This document shows positions 7,399 through 16,028 of a DNA stretch of 24,000 nucleotides, piece by piece; the first letter of the stretch is position 1, and each line of letters begins with the position of its first letter. The stretch comes from Eggerthellaceae bacterium. Lineage in GTDB: Bacteria > Bacillota > Clostridia > Oscillospirales > Butyricicoccaceae. The translations under genes were made by a program, and so were the position numbers. The notes below the pieces were generated by a model, which was not told the DNA's origin, ran no database searches, and saw nothing but the letters and a program-made list of their open reading frames with translations. Where the stretch lies: contig CAVAJF010000014.1 of NCBI GenBank assembly GCA_963588905.1, positions 11,566 through 35,565 of the forward strand. Reading direction: 5' to 3'.

Positions 7399-7440
7399 GC
7401 GCAGGTTTTCCGAATGACGGAAAAACCTGCGCTGTTTTTA
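7399..7440 (+). terminator. ruvX terminator
   Basis: GCGCAGGTTTTCC-gaatgac-GGAAAAACCTGCGC followed by TGTTTTTATT. Confidence 0.75.
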
Positions 7441-7776
7441 TTCTGCTTTTTTTGTCGTCATGCCTACCAGCCAAAAGACAACCAAGAACACTGCCGCGAC
7501 AAGAGCAGACAGTGTCATGCTGCCGGAGCCCATCAAATACTGCACGCCCGCCGTCAGAAGAACAAACAGAATACAAAAACCAACTGCTTTGTTGCGCGCG
7601 AAACTATAAGAGATCCAGCGTGCCGCCATGGCACCGAGCACCGCAGAGATAATCGCCGCAGGCTGCCAAGTAAATTTCATCGTAAGTAAAGCAAAGCAAA
7701 TGCTGTCTACTAATAAAAAGGAAAACCATCCAAAAATACCCGCCAAGATCGCATTTCGTGTGCTGATTTTTTTCAT
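7438..7776 (-). CDS. Hypothetical multi-pass membrane protein (112 aa)
   Basis: Three to four hydrophobic helices. No recognisable motif. Confidence 0.6.
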   Translation of the reverse strand: MKKISTRNAILAGIFGWFSFLLVDSICFALLTMKFTWQPAAIISAVLGAMAARWISYSFARNKAVGFCILFVLLTAGVQYLMGSGSMTLSALVAAVFLVVFWLVGMTTKKAE

Positions 7777-7921
7777 GATCGCGATACCTCCCGCCTTTGT
7801 GCAGAATTATAACACGGTCATCCAATACCCGCAATGCAAAAATCCCATGCAGGACAGCTGTGTATCATGCAGAATTTTTTGCACATACTAGAATATCGTC
7901 AAACGCTAGGGAGGATTGGAT

Positions 7922-8623
7922 ATGTTTGCAGTACAAACGGCGCTCACTGCTCTGCTCGCCTTGGCAGTCTTATTTGCTATCACCAAGGCAATCGGGCATC
8001 GGCAATTGGCACAGCTCAGTACCTTTGATTATATCAACGGGATTACAATCGGTTCGATTGGCGCAGAACTCGCCGTCGCAGAGGGACAGGAATTCTGGAA
8101 ATGGCTGGTCGCCCTGCTGGTATTTGGTGTCGCAACATGGATTCTTGCCGTCTTGCCCAATCGTTCACTGCCTTTGCGCCGCTTTCTCAACGGCCGCGCG
8201 TCGATTCTGCTCGACAATGGCAGATTATATGATAAGAATTTCAAGCGGGCGCACATGGACATCCATGAATTTCTGATGGAATGCCGCAACCAAGGCTATT
8301 TCGATCTCAGTCAAATTCAAACAGCTGTACTGGAGGCCAACGGCAGCATCAGCATTTTGCCGGTCAGCCGCTACCGTCCGGCGACACCGGAAGATCTCGC
8401 TCTCTCCGTTTCTCAGGAGACCGCCTGCGGCAATGTGATTTTAGACGGCGTGCTCATGGAACGCAATCTCAAAAACATGGGATTTGACCGCGCTTGGCTG
8501 GACAAGCAGCTCGCGCGGCAGCATGTACGGATAACGGACATCTTTTTGGCTATTTGTTCAGCAGACGGCAGTTTAACCGTATTTCCCTATACACACAAGG
8601 ATCATCGCGATATTTGGGAGTAA
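7922..8623 (+). CDS. DUF421 (YetF-like) membrane protein
   Basis: Collinear with B. subtilis YetF-type proteins (TFDYINGITIGSIG..., LLDNGRLYDKNFKRAHMDIHEFLMECRNQG..., LEANGSISILP). The ATG at 7922 lies 8 nt after GGGAGG. Confidence 0.8.
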   Translation: MFAVQTALTALLALAVLFAITKAIGHRQLAQLSTFDYINGITIGSIGAELAVAEGQEFWKWLVALLVFGVATWILAVLPNRSLPLRRFLNGRASILLDNGRLYDKNFKRAHMDIHEFLMECRNQGYFDLSQIQTAVLEANGSISILPVSRYRPATPEDLALSVSQETACGNVILDGVLMERNLKNMGFDRAWLDKQLARQHVRITDIFLAICSADGSLTVFPYTHKDHRDIWE

Positions 8624-8725
8624 AATTCTTTGTGTATTTTTTGTGATTCTCGTTCTTTTAGCAAACAAATTGTGTTATACTAACTCTGAATTGTATCGAT
8701 ACAGAAAAGGAGTGACAGCAACTCA

Positions 8726-10378
8726 ATGAAATATCCATTTTGGGGTTGCGCGGCAGCTGTCGCATTGAGTGCTTGCCTGATGGGCGCACCACATGCACAA
8801 GCTGTCGATTTAAAACAGGCATCGGAAGATACCAAAACCGTGCTCTCTGCGGCGGATCAAGCGTCTCTGCTGCCGGACAGTCTAGATGGGCAATTGGCAA
8901 CCGCTTCTATTACGAAGGAGCAAGCGTGTTCTTTCGCCGTGCGGCTGTATGCATCTCTGACAGACACTTCCTATGACGCACTGATGAGCCGTGACCAAGC
9001 CAAACGCACGGTATGCCCGTTTACGGACACCAAAAGCGCGGATGTCCAAGAGGCATGGCTGTTGGGTTTGACACAGGAGGAAGCCGGCATGTTTTCGCCG
9101 CGTGAGCCTGCCAATCGGCAGCAGCTGTTCGCTGTATTATATCAGGCTGTGCGCAGTGCAAACAGCGGTACAGATCTGTCAGAAAATGAAATCGCCGAAG
9201 CGTTGTATTCGTATACCGACGGCGCCTATGTGCCGGATTGGGCACAGGAAGGCGTGGCCTATTTTATCCGGCAAGGTCTCACGAGCGGTATCGGTGACCA
9301 GCTGCTCGGTGTCGGTGAACAAATTTCCGCAGAGCAAGCCTCTCTTTTAACCTATCGCGTTGCCGCTGCCGTACATACAGGTCGCGGTACCAGCAGCACA
9401 ACCGAAACCATCAGCACCATTTCTATGCACTCGGGCACGAACGCCGTCAGCTGGACAGGCAGCGGTGCAGACTATTATCTGTTGTACTTCTATCAGCAGG
9501 AAAACTTCGCACAAAAGCCGATGTATGTCGAACAAATTGCTTCAACCGGCAGCGGTGCACAGGAATATACTCTGCCGACAGAAATCCAAAATCAGCCGGG
9601 CATTTGGTATTGGTCTGTCGATGGATTTGACTGTGACGGTAAATTACTGGCATCTGCCGACACAGCTACCCAGCTGGTTGTCACAGCAGACGCAGCACAG
9701 CCGGATTCTTCCCTGCTGAATCCAGCGATGCGGACATATACGTATACGGTTCCAGCCCAGACACAAGACGCTTCGTCTGACAGTACAACTGAGAATCAGA
9801 CAACTACCTATCAGCAGACAACGGAGTCCGTGATTTCCTCTACGATTCCAGCAGGCATGACGTATGCCGGTGAACGATACAGTGATAAAGTTGCACGTAT
9901 TTTCGGTTCCGGATCGAGCTATCACAAATACGCCAGTGCATCGGAAGCCAGCAAACATCAGGTAGATATTGCTGTACAGGTATGGGATTTCGACAGCGAT
10001 GGCAATAAAGTGACTCGCACCAAGCATTTACAGGTACATGAAGCGTTGGCAAGCTCTGTTCGTCAGATTTTTGCAGAAATTTACGCAGGTAATGAACGCT
10101 TTCCGATTCATTCTTTGGGCGGTTACAGCTGGCGCGGCGACGGTTCTTCTTCTGAGCATTGTCTTGGCACAGCTTTGGACATCAACTGGGAAGAAAACTA
10201 TATGTGCACCAAGTCCGGCGCACCGCTGACCGGCTCGTATTGGAAGCCGGGCGAGGATGCCTATTCCATTCCGGCAAACAGTGAAGTCGTTCGCATCTTT
10301 GCCAAGTATGGCTTCGGCTGGGGCGGCACATGGAACAGCAAGAAGGATTATATGCACTTCTCGTACTTTGGTACGTAA
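8726..10378 (+). CDS. Secreted protein with C-terminal peptidase M15 (VanY/LAS-type) cell-wall hydrolase domain
   Basis: N-terminal signal peptide (AVALSACLMGAPHAQA). C-terminal SEHCLGTALDIN ... FGWGGTWNSKKDYMHFSY matches the SxHxxGxAxD / D..H zinc motifs of LAS/M15 peptidases. Confidence 0.8.
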   Translation: MKYPFWGCAAAVALSACLMGAPHAQAVDLKQASEDTKTVLSAADQASLLPDSLDGQLATASITKEQACSFAVRLYASLTDTSYDALMSRDQAKRTVCPFTDTKSADVQEAWLLGLTQEEAGMFSPREPANRQQLFAVLYQAVRSANSGTDLSENEIAEALYSYTDGAYVPDWAQEGVAYFIRQGLTSGIGDQLLGVGEQISAEQASLLTYRVAAAVHTGRGTSSTTETISTISMHSGTNAVSWTGSGADYYLLYFYQQENFAQKPMYVEQIASTGSGAQEYTLPTEIQNQPGIWYWSVDGFDCDGKLLASADTATQLVVTADAAQPDSSLLNPAMRTYTYTVPAQTQDASSDSTTENQTTTYQQTTESVISSTIPAGMTYAGERYSDKVARIFGSGSSYHKYASASEASKHQVDIAVQVWDFDSDGNKVTRTKHLQVHEALASSVRQIFAEIYAGNERFPIHSLGGYSWRGDGSSSEHCLGTALDINWEENYMCTKSGAPLTGSYWKPGEDAYSIPANSEVVRIFAKYGFGWGGTWNSKKDYMHFSYFGT

Positions 10379-10392
10379 ATCAAAAAAAACAG

Positions 10393-10434
10393 AGCCAGAA
10401 GTCTTATCTCAGAGACTTCTGGCTTACTTTTTTA
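10393..10434 (+). terminator. Terminator of the M15 peptidase gene
   Basis: AGCCAGAAGTCT-tatctcag-AGACTTCTGGCT followed by TACTTTTTT. Confidence 0.8.
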
Positions 10435-10534
10435 AAAAATTTTGAATTTTCTCCTATTTTACAAGTTTTTCCTTGCAAGCCCTTTGAAATCGTCGTATAC
10501 TGTTCGTCGCGACTTTTTTGAAGGGAGCTTTTTT

Positions 10535-11590
10535 ATGACGTTTTATCAAGAATTACAACTCAATCAAGCGGGTTCTAAGAAGATCATCCGCGAGAGCCAA
10601 ACCGCACAGGAAAAACGGCGGCACATTTTGATTTATCTGTTCAAAATCGCCATTACCGTCGGATTTTGTTTTGTTTTTGTGACGCTGTACAGTCTTATTT
10701 TCGGCTCCGGAAACAGCATTGTCGGTGTTGTCGTTTTACTGCATCTGTTGGTCTTTAAAAATGCAGATCTTCGGATGGATGCCAAGCAATCAACCGGCTT
10801 GCTTGCACTGTTTTTCGCCATCATGACGATTGCCACGCATGTTGCCAATATGGCCAATCCATTTGTCGGGTTGCTCATCAACGCCGCAGCCATTTTGATT
10901 TTAATCTTATTCGGCTGCCACGAACCACGCATGTTCAATCAATCTACGCTGGTTCTCAGCTATCTGTTGCTGTACGGCTATGACGTCTCCGGTACAGAAT
11001 ATCTGACACGTATCGCCGGTATGGCAGTCGGTGCTATTCTCGTCTGTGCAGTCTTTTATAAGAACCATCGGCATCAGACCTATGATCTGCATGTACAGGA
11101 CATCTTACCAGCCTTCACGCTGACGCATCCGCGTTCTAAATGGCAGTTATGTCAAATCCTTTGTGTTCCGCTGGTCATTTTCCTTGCCGAACTGTTTGGT
11201 ATGCCGCGTGCCATGTGGGCAGGTATTGCCGCCATGTCTGCGATTCTTCCTGTCATGGAAGACATGCAGTCTCGCGTGCGCGGACGCATTATCGGCAATA
11301 TCGCCGGTGTGCTGTGCTTTTTTGTTTTGTATACCTACCTGCCGTCTGCGATTTATGCGTATATCGGTGTCATCGGCGGCATTGGTGTCGGTTTCTCCGC
11401 CAAATACGGCTGGCAAGCAGTCTTTAATACCTTTGGTGCTCTTGCCATTGCTTCCCAGCTCTATGGCGTATCCGCGGCAATGGGCCTGCGTGTATTTCAG
11501 AATGTATTCGGTGTTTTGTTTGCGCTTGGCTTCTGTTTAATTTTCAATTGGATTATGCAGCGCACCCAGTGTACCCAGCAAACCGCCTGA
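10535..11590 (+). CDS. FUSC-family (FUSC_2-like) integral membrane protein
   Basis: Multi-TM protein with RVRGRIIGNIAGVL, resembling the R-x3-R-x2-G[TN]-x2-G motif of FUSC-like exporters. The ATG at 10535 follows GAAGGGAG; the ORF-track start at 10442 lacks an RBS. Confidence 0.6.
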   Translation: MTFYQELQLNQAGSKKIIRESQTAQEKRRHILIYLFKIAITVGFCFVFVTLYSLIFGSGNSIVGVVVLLHLLVFKNADLRMDAKQSTGLLALFFAIMTIATHVANMANPFVGLLINAAAILILILFGCHEPRMFNQSTLVLSYLLLYGYDVSGTEYLTRIAGMAVGAILVCAVFYKNHRHQTYDLHVQDILPAFTLTHPRSKWQLCQILCVPLVIFLAELFGMPRAMWAGIAAMSAILPVMEDMQSRVRGRIIGNIAGVLCFFVLYTYLPSAIYAYIGVIGGIGVGFSAKYGWQAVFNTFGALAIASQLYGVSAAMGLRVFQNVFGVLFALGFCLIFNWIMQRTQCTQQTA

Positions 11591-11596
11591 CGGCAA

Positions 11597-11637
11597 AAAT
11601 CTCCTTAGCAATGACTTGTTGAGGAGATTTTTTTGTT
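11597..11637 (+). terminator. Terminator of the FUSC-like gene
   Basis: AAATCTCCT ... AGGAGATTT followed by a T-run. Confidence 0.7.
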
Positions 11638-11651
11638 TCCCGTATCAACAG

Positions 11652-11704
11652 AAATACAAAAAACCGCCCATTTCTTACGAAACAGACGGTTTATCATGGA
11701 GCTA
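11652..11704. repeat. attL-like 53-bp direct repeat (tRNA-Thr 3' end fragment + terminator copy)
   Basis: AAATACAAAAAACCGCCCATTTCTTACGAAACAGACGGTTTATCATGGAGCTA is identical to 16203-16255. Confidence 0.9.
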
Positions 11705-12105
11705 GTAGTATCTCAAATACCGTTTCGGCATCCAGGATACTAACCGCACACATTCCGAACCTCAGCATTTCTTAGCAGCCTAATTGCGTCACATTTTCCG
11801 TGACCGTGCTCTATGCATTCCGTCTCCTGTGCAAGGTATCCCGTTTCAGGACACCCTTTCATGCATTCCTCTTCCCTCTCTCCTGCAAATATTCCGCTAT
11901 TTTGCAGCTGATCGGGCGTGCTGCAGCTGCATTTTCTGCAACTCCCGCCCGTTTGGGCATCAAAAAAGAGAGCAACAAAGCGTCACTCTCTTCCTGTAAA
12001 ACTGGCACTCTGGCAGGCGTAGCACTCTCCTGCGTCTCTTTTGACCCAATGGGTGCGTGGTTGCTACGAAATTCACCACCTCGAAGTGCATACCTACTGC
12101 TGAAG

Positions 12106-12135
12106 AATAAAAAGTCGCCTTCCGAAGAAAGCGAC
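12106..12135 (-). terminator. Terminator of the TA operon (copy 1; copy 2 at 12717-12746)
   Basis: Minus strand: GTCGCTTTC-TTCG-GAAGGCGAC followed by TTTTTATT. It lies inside the duplicated unit. Confidence 0.65.
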
Positions 12136-12283
12136 CCTCTATAATATTTTAGGGTTATTGGATGGGCGGCGTATCCATCATCACGTCAACTTTCGTTGGT
12201 ATCGGGAGCCATTTCCGACTTCAACAACCCTCTCATATTCTATCTTTTGTTCATGTATATTATACCGCGTAGATTGTGTAAAG

Positions 12284-12646
12284 TCAATCTTGTTGTTGTA
12301 CTTTTTTCAAACGTCCACTATGTATACGATTATGTAGCTTTCCATCTGAGATATTATACAGCGATGCCACATACAAGTAATTGTTTTTTATATCCAATTT
12401 GATAGCAACCAAGATATTATCATCAAACACTTTTACAAGCTCCATACTATCCGGTTCTTTAGGATTCTTCCCTATATAGTCTGGATTCAGTAATATTTCC
12501 GGCAATTTATCCATGTATCCCACAAAATCAGGGTGCCTGCGCTGTATATGATTTATCAGCCGTGAAGATCTATAGATTGTCCCTGTTGGCAAAGATATAT
12601 CCAATTGTTTATTGAAGGATTCTTGATACTCTCCAACAGGTATAAG
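12284..12646 (-). pseudogene. 5'-truncated duplicate of the toxin gene (codons 5-124; no start codon or RBS)
   Basis: Identical to 12895-13257. The duplication junction removes MNEE and the RBS, and the copy lies downstream of terminator copy 2. Confidence 0.8.
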
Positions 12647-12716
12647 CTCTTTTGACCCAATGGGTGCGTGGTTGCTACGAAATTCACCACCTCGAAGTGC
12701 ATACCTACTGCTGAAG

Positions 12717-12746
12717 AATAAAAAGTCGCCTTCCGAAGAAAGCGAC
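12717..12746 (-). terminator. Terminator of the TA operon (copy 2)
   Basis: Same hairpin and T-run as 12106-12135, shifted by 611 bp. Confidence 0.65.
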
Positions 12747-12894
12747 CCTCTATAATATTTTAGGGTTATTGGATGGGCGGCGTATCCATCATCACGTCAA
12801 CTTTCGTTGGTATCGGGAGCCATTTCCGACTTCAACAACCCTCTCATATTCTATCTTTTGTTCATGTATATTATACCGCGTAGATTGTGTAAAG

Positions 12895-13269
12895 TCAATC
12901 TTGTTGTTGTACTTTTTTCAAACGTCCACTATGTATACGATTATGTAGCTTTCCATCTGAGATATTATACAGCGATGCCACATACAAGTAATTGTTTTTT
13001 ATATCCAATTTGATAGCAACCAAGATATTATCATCAAACACTTTTACAAGCTCCATACTATCCGGTTCTTTAGGATTCTTCCCTATATAGTCTGGATTCA
13101 GTAATATTTCCGGCAATTTATCCATGTATCCCACAAAATCAGGGTGCCTGCGCTGTATATGATTTATCAGCCGTGAAGATCTATAGATTGTCCCTGTTGG
13201 CAAAGATATATCCAATTGTTTATTGAAGGATTCTTGATACTCTCCAACAGGTATAAGCTCTTCATTCAT
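12895..13269 (-). CDS. Putative toxin, PBECR-like (Barnase-EndoU-ColicinE5/D-RelE-like) nuclease family
   Basis: 124 aa. The pattern IYRSSRLINHIQRRHPDF...LPEILLNPDYIG...MELVK...ILVAIKLD...YLYVASLY...SGRL matches my recollection of PBECR-type proteins on firmicute mobile elements. It starts 4 nt after the RHH gene. Confidence 0.55.
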   Translation of the reverse strand: MNEELIPVGEYQESFNKQLDISLPTGTIYRSSRLINHIQRRHPDFVGYMDKLPEILLNPDYIGKNPKEPDSMELVKVFDDNILVAIKLDIKNNYLYVASLYNISDGKLHNRIHSGRLKKVQQQD

Positions 13270-13272
13270 ATT

Positions 13273-13491
13273 CTATTTCCCTTCTCCGGCAGGCGCATCG
13301 TCCCGCTGTATGGTTTCATCTATCGCACGTTGAATAAACCCGTTGAGACTTTCTCCCCGCTGTTCTGCATGAGCCTTGACTTCTTCTTTTCTTCCTTTCG
13401 GAAGTGTAAGATTTACTCGGTCATAAGCCTTTGCAATATATTTATTTGTGGCTCTCTGCTGAGCCTTACTTACTTTTGGCGTTTCGCCCAT
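13273..13491 (-). CDS. Ribbon-helix-helix (CopG/Arc-like) antitoxin
   Basis: MGETPKVSKAQQRATNKYIAKAYDRVNLTLPKGRKEEVKAHAEQRGESLNGFIQRAIDETI shows the typical RHH pattern. The ATG at 13491 follows GGGAGG. Confidence 0.7.
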   Translation of the reverse strand: MGETPKVSKAQQRATNKYIAKAYDRVNLTLPKGRKEEVKAHAEQRGESLNGFIQRAIDETIQRDDAPAGEGK

Positions 13492-13639
13492 GTAGATATA
13501 CCTCCCTATTATCTGAATATTATATACCAATTTTTATACTTACGCAAATATAATTTTCGCAAAAATATATTTATACAAAAATGAGCAGCTGTGAGAACAG
13601 GGAAGCGAATACCGGCACGCCCTGACGGCATCAGATGAA

Positions 13640-13888
13640 GTGATTAAACGGCTGCGAGAAGAAATAGACCTGCTCAAAAATGAGCGGGTTGCACCGGAAC
13701 CAGAAACCGAACCAGAAAAGCCAGCTTTTTCCACAGCTCCCGCCAGCGAGTCGGAAAACCAAGACAGCGAAATCTTACGCCTGTTTGAATCCGGTATGAG
13801 CCTGTCGCAGATCGGCGCACGGTTCGGAATCTCCAAATCATCCGCACACGCTGCCAAAGAGCGAGCAAAGAAAGCACAGACCGCCTAA
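13640..13888 (+). CDS. Small HTH protein, probably the 3' remnant of a larger gene
   Basis: C-terminal HTH (ILRLFESGMSLSQIGARFGISKSSAHAAKERA). The reading frame is open upstream to a TGA with no RBS, and only a GTG start is available. Confidence 0.4.
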   Translation: MIKRLREEIDLLKNERVAPEPETEPEKPAFSTAPASESENQDSEILRLFESGMSLSQIGARFGISKSSAHAAKERAKKAQTA

Positions 13889-14124
13889 TACAATCAAAAG
13901 CACCCCTTGTTCCAGCCGTAAACCGGAATGAGAGGTGCTTTTCTGTTGTCCGTCTATGTTGAACGGCTCACGCATGGCTTATTCGCCGCCGTAGACGCCC
14001 GCTGTGGCGTTTTGACATGTCTCTTTCATTGTCCCCTCCTTCGGCTTCTGACAGCTTCTTGTATGTTACGTCAGAGCTTTCCTTGCCTGCTACATCTTGC
14101 GCCGCGTCTCTTGCTCTCGCCAGT

Positions 14125-14411
14125 TTTCCCCATCGAAAAGCATTGGTATCCGCTTCTGTCTTGTCCATGCTTCGAGTATACAAAGCGCATCAGGCAGAAC
14201 AACGCTTGAAACTGGGCAGTGCATGGAATCCGGCATGGACAGAGCACCCGCGACTGTTTACCCAGCTTGACGGCACGCCCATCAATCCCGACAGCGTAAC
14301 CAAATGTTTCATGCATTCATTGCGCGGTCTGATTTACCGCCGATTCATATTCACAACTTGCGGCACCCGTATGTCAAGCACACGACAAAAAATATATCTG
14401 GGCAAAAGTAG
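14125..14411 (+). pseudogene. Tyrosine recombinase (phage integrase family) remnant
   Basis: SVLSMLRVYKAHQAEQRLKLGSAWN...LFTQLDGTPINPDSVTK, then a -1 frameshift near the A-run at 14302-14304, then FHAFIARSDLPPIHIHNLRH. The N-terminal ~200 aa and the C-terminal catalytic His/Tyr region are missing. Confidence 0.75.
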
Positions 14412-14526
14412 GAACCCCAAGCTACCAAAAATAATCTGATAGTCTGGGGTTTCTGTTTTGGTCTATTACACTCGCACGGAGCACTATACCAGTCACTGTA
14501 TGGTCAGTTTTTGCAATCGCTTTAAA

Positions 14527-15147
14527 CTATTCGAGGCTTATACGGTAGGAAGATTTTGGAACTTCTCTATCTTTCAAAGAGGAATATCTCAGAATACTCC
14601 AAGTGCTTTTCAGCAATACGGTGTTCATCTGAATAAGTCCAACAACGGGTTCTGCATCTTTACAGACAATATTCTCTAAAATGGACGAAGGAATCATGAT
14701 TTCCGGTACCAGTCTTTTCATTGCGTGGTGCCACAAATAATACCGAGTTCCCAGGAATTCGCATGCAGCCATATGCAGCATGTGTGGATAATATCCTAAA
14801 TTTCTTCTGCCCCTATATTCAGACAATTCTTTGGCTGTAGCAGCTATCCAGATGGCGGCTAGTTCCTCTTCGTTGCGAGCTTCCATCAACATTTCAGCAG
14901 TTTGAATTGTACCCTTATTGGTGGGTTTTGTGAAATACAGAAACTGTGTAGGATTCTTTTCAATCAATTGTTTTCTTTCATGAGCTTCTGTAACTTCAAG
15001 CCAATCGTACCCGTAGATGTAACCATCTTGCTTGTATTCTACAAATACCGTTTCAGCGGATACAGGCTCTGTAAGCACTTTGGGAAAATGATAACCGTAC
15101 ATCCTCCAAAGCTCATAGACGTTTTCCCACTTCATCTGTTCAAACAT
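14527..15147 (-). CDS. Hypothetical protein, 206 aa (second gene of the islet cassette)
   Basis: ATG preceded by GGAGGA at 6 nt, 58 nt downstream of the HTH gene. I recognise no motif. Confidence 0.7.
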   Translation of the reverse strand: MFEQMKWENVYELWRMYGYHFPKVLTEPVSAETVFVEYKQDGYIYGYDWLEVTEAHERKQLIEKNPTQFLYFTKPTNKGTIQTAEMLMEARNEEELAAIWIAATAKELSEYRGRRNLGYYPHMLHMAACEFLGTRYYLWHHAMKRLVPEIMIPSSILENIVCKDAEPVVGLIQMNTVLLKSTWSILRYSSLKDREVPKSSYRISLE

Positions 15148-15205
15148 TAGTTTCCTCCATGTTCATTTTGTATTTCACTGGCTTCAAATACTACTGGCCG
15201 CAAGA

Positions 15206-15985
15206 TCAATCCATATAAAACTGCTGGTCATTCCAATGCTCAAAATGAAACGGATGATTTTCAGCCAGATACTCATTCGAATATAGGTAAGTGATGATAT
15301 CCATATCATCAAACATGTCAAAGACCCAATCCTCTGAATGATCGAGATGCTCGTTATCAATGAGATTATCCGCACCTACACCGATTTCGATAAGCGTCTG
15401 TGCTTCTTCATTGCATAAATAAATAATCAGCTCCTCCAAAATACTATGAGCAGCTATCGGCATCCCATGCTTTGCCCTCCATCTTAATTGGAGAAGAACG
15501 CATTTCATATTATAGAGGAAGTCGTAGTTATACCGCATCAAAAACTGCGGAGGGAGTTCCTCAGAAATGAACGATGTACTCAGTTGACCAATATGTGAAC
15601 CGGAAGGCATAGATGCAAGATCTGATTGATCCTGATTAATATAATCGAGCAGGATATCGCTGCCTATTGCAAAAGCCATAGCGGCGCCGGAACCGTAGTT
15701 ATCCGCAAGAAACTGAGACCAAGCTTCATGATCCCGGCATTCTTCAACCAGAGATTTCTTCTCAGCATCACTTTTCCCATCAGGGAAATCACGCCAGTTT
15801 AGTGCTTTACAAATCCCCCTGCATTTGTCCCGGCGAATGGATTCACCCGCTTCGTAGCGACTCCAAGTTTTTGTACCTACCCCAGCTCTCAAGGCAGCTT
15901 CTTCGATCGTTAAATTCAGTTCGTTGCGCCTATTCTTAATCTTTCTTGCAAGTTCTTGATTGCCTTGAATACTTCTTTGAGCCAT
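15206..15985 (-). CDS. XRE-family HTH protein with an unknown ~190-aa acidic C-terminal domain
   Basis: N-terminal ELARKIKNRRNELNLTIEEAALRAGVGTKTWSRYEAGESI is an XRE-type HTH. The ATG is preceded by GGAGGTGGAG. Confidence 0.8.
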   Translation of the reverse strand: MAQRSIQGNQELARKIKNRRNELNLTIEEAALRAGVGTKTWSRYEAGESIRRDKCRGICKALNWRDFPDGKSDAEKKSLVEECRDHEAWSQFLADNYGSGAAMAFAIGSDILLDYINQDQSDLASMPSGSHIGQLSTSFISEELPPQFLMRYNYDFLYNMKCVLLQLRWRAKHGMPIAAHSILEELIIYLCNEEAQTLIEIGVGADNLIDNEHLDHSEDWVFDMFDDMDIITYLYSNEYLAENHPFHFEHWNDQQFYMD

Positions 15986-16028
15986 TTTTGCTCCACCTCC
16001 TGTTTTTCTGACGCGTCATTGCCATATC

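Larger units (their letters stand above)
12036..13257. repeat. Perfect tandem duplication, 2 x 611 bp (12036-12646 and 12647-13257)
   Basis: The two copies are identical at every base I compared. CTCTT is present at 12036, 12647 and 13258 (junction microhomology). Confidence 0.9.

Noticed and set aside
11740-12010. Two short minus-strand ORFs with an ATGA overlap (a 33-49 aa ORF ending at about 11860, and a 40-aa MKGCPETGYLAQETECIEHGHGKCDAIRLLRNAEVRNVCG at 11740-11862)
   Set aside because: The translational-coupling layout and purine-rich upstream sequence are suggestive. However, both ORFs are very short, have no recognisable family, and lie in a region likely to be element debris. This is not supportable without conservation data.
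12196-13013. Two identical 68-aa plus-strand ORFs (12196-12402 and 12807-13013)
   Set aside because: They are antisense to the toxin gene and its 3' flank. Their identity simply reflects the 611-bp duplication. The sequence is hydrophobic, low-complexity and lacks an RBS.
13968-14183. 71-aa minus-strand ORF between the HTH fragment and the integrase remnant
   Set aside because: It has no RBS or motif and overlaps the degenerate integrase-related region. It is probably spurious.
14527-15147. GRRNLGYY...AACE segment in the 206-aa protein as a possible RES-toxin-like motif
   Set aside because: The resemblance is limited to a few residues, and the segment sits mid-protein rather than near the N-terminus as in RES domains. 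This is too weak to claim without a profile search.
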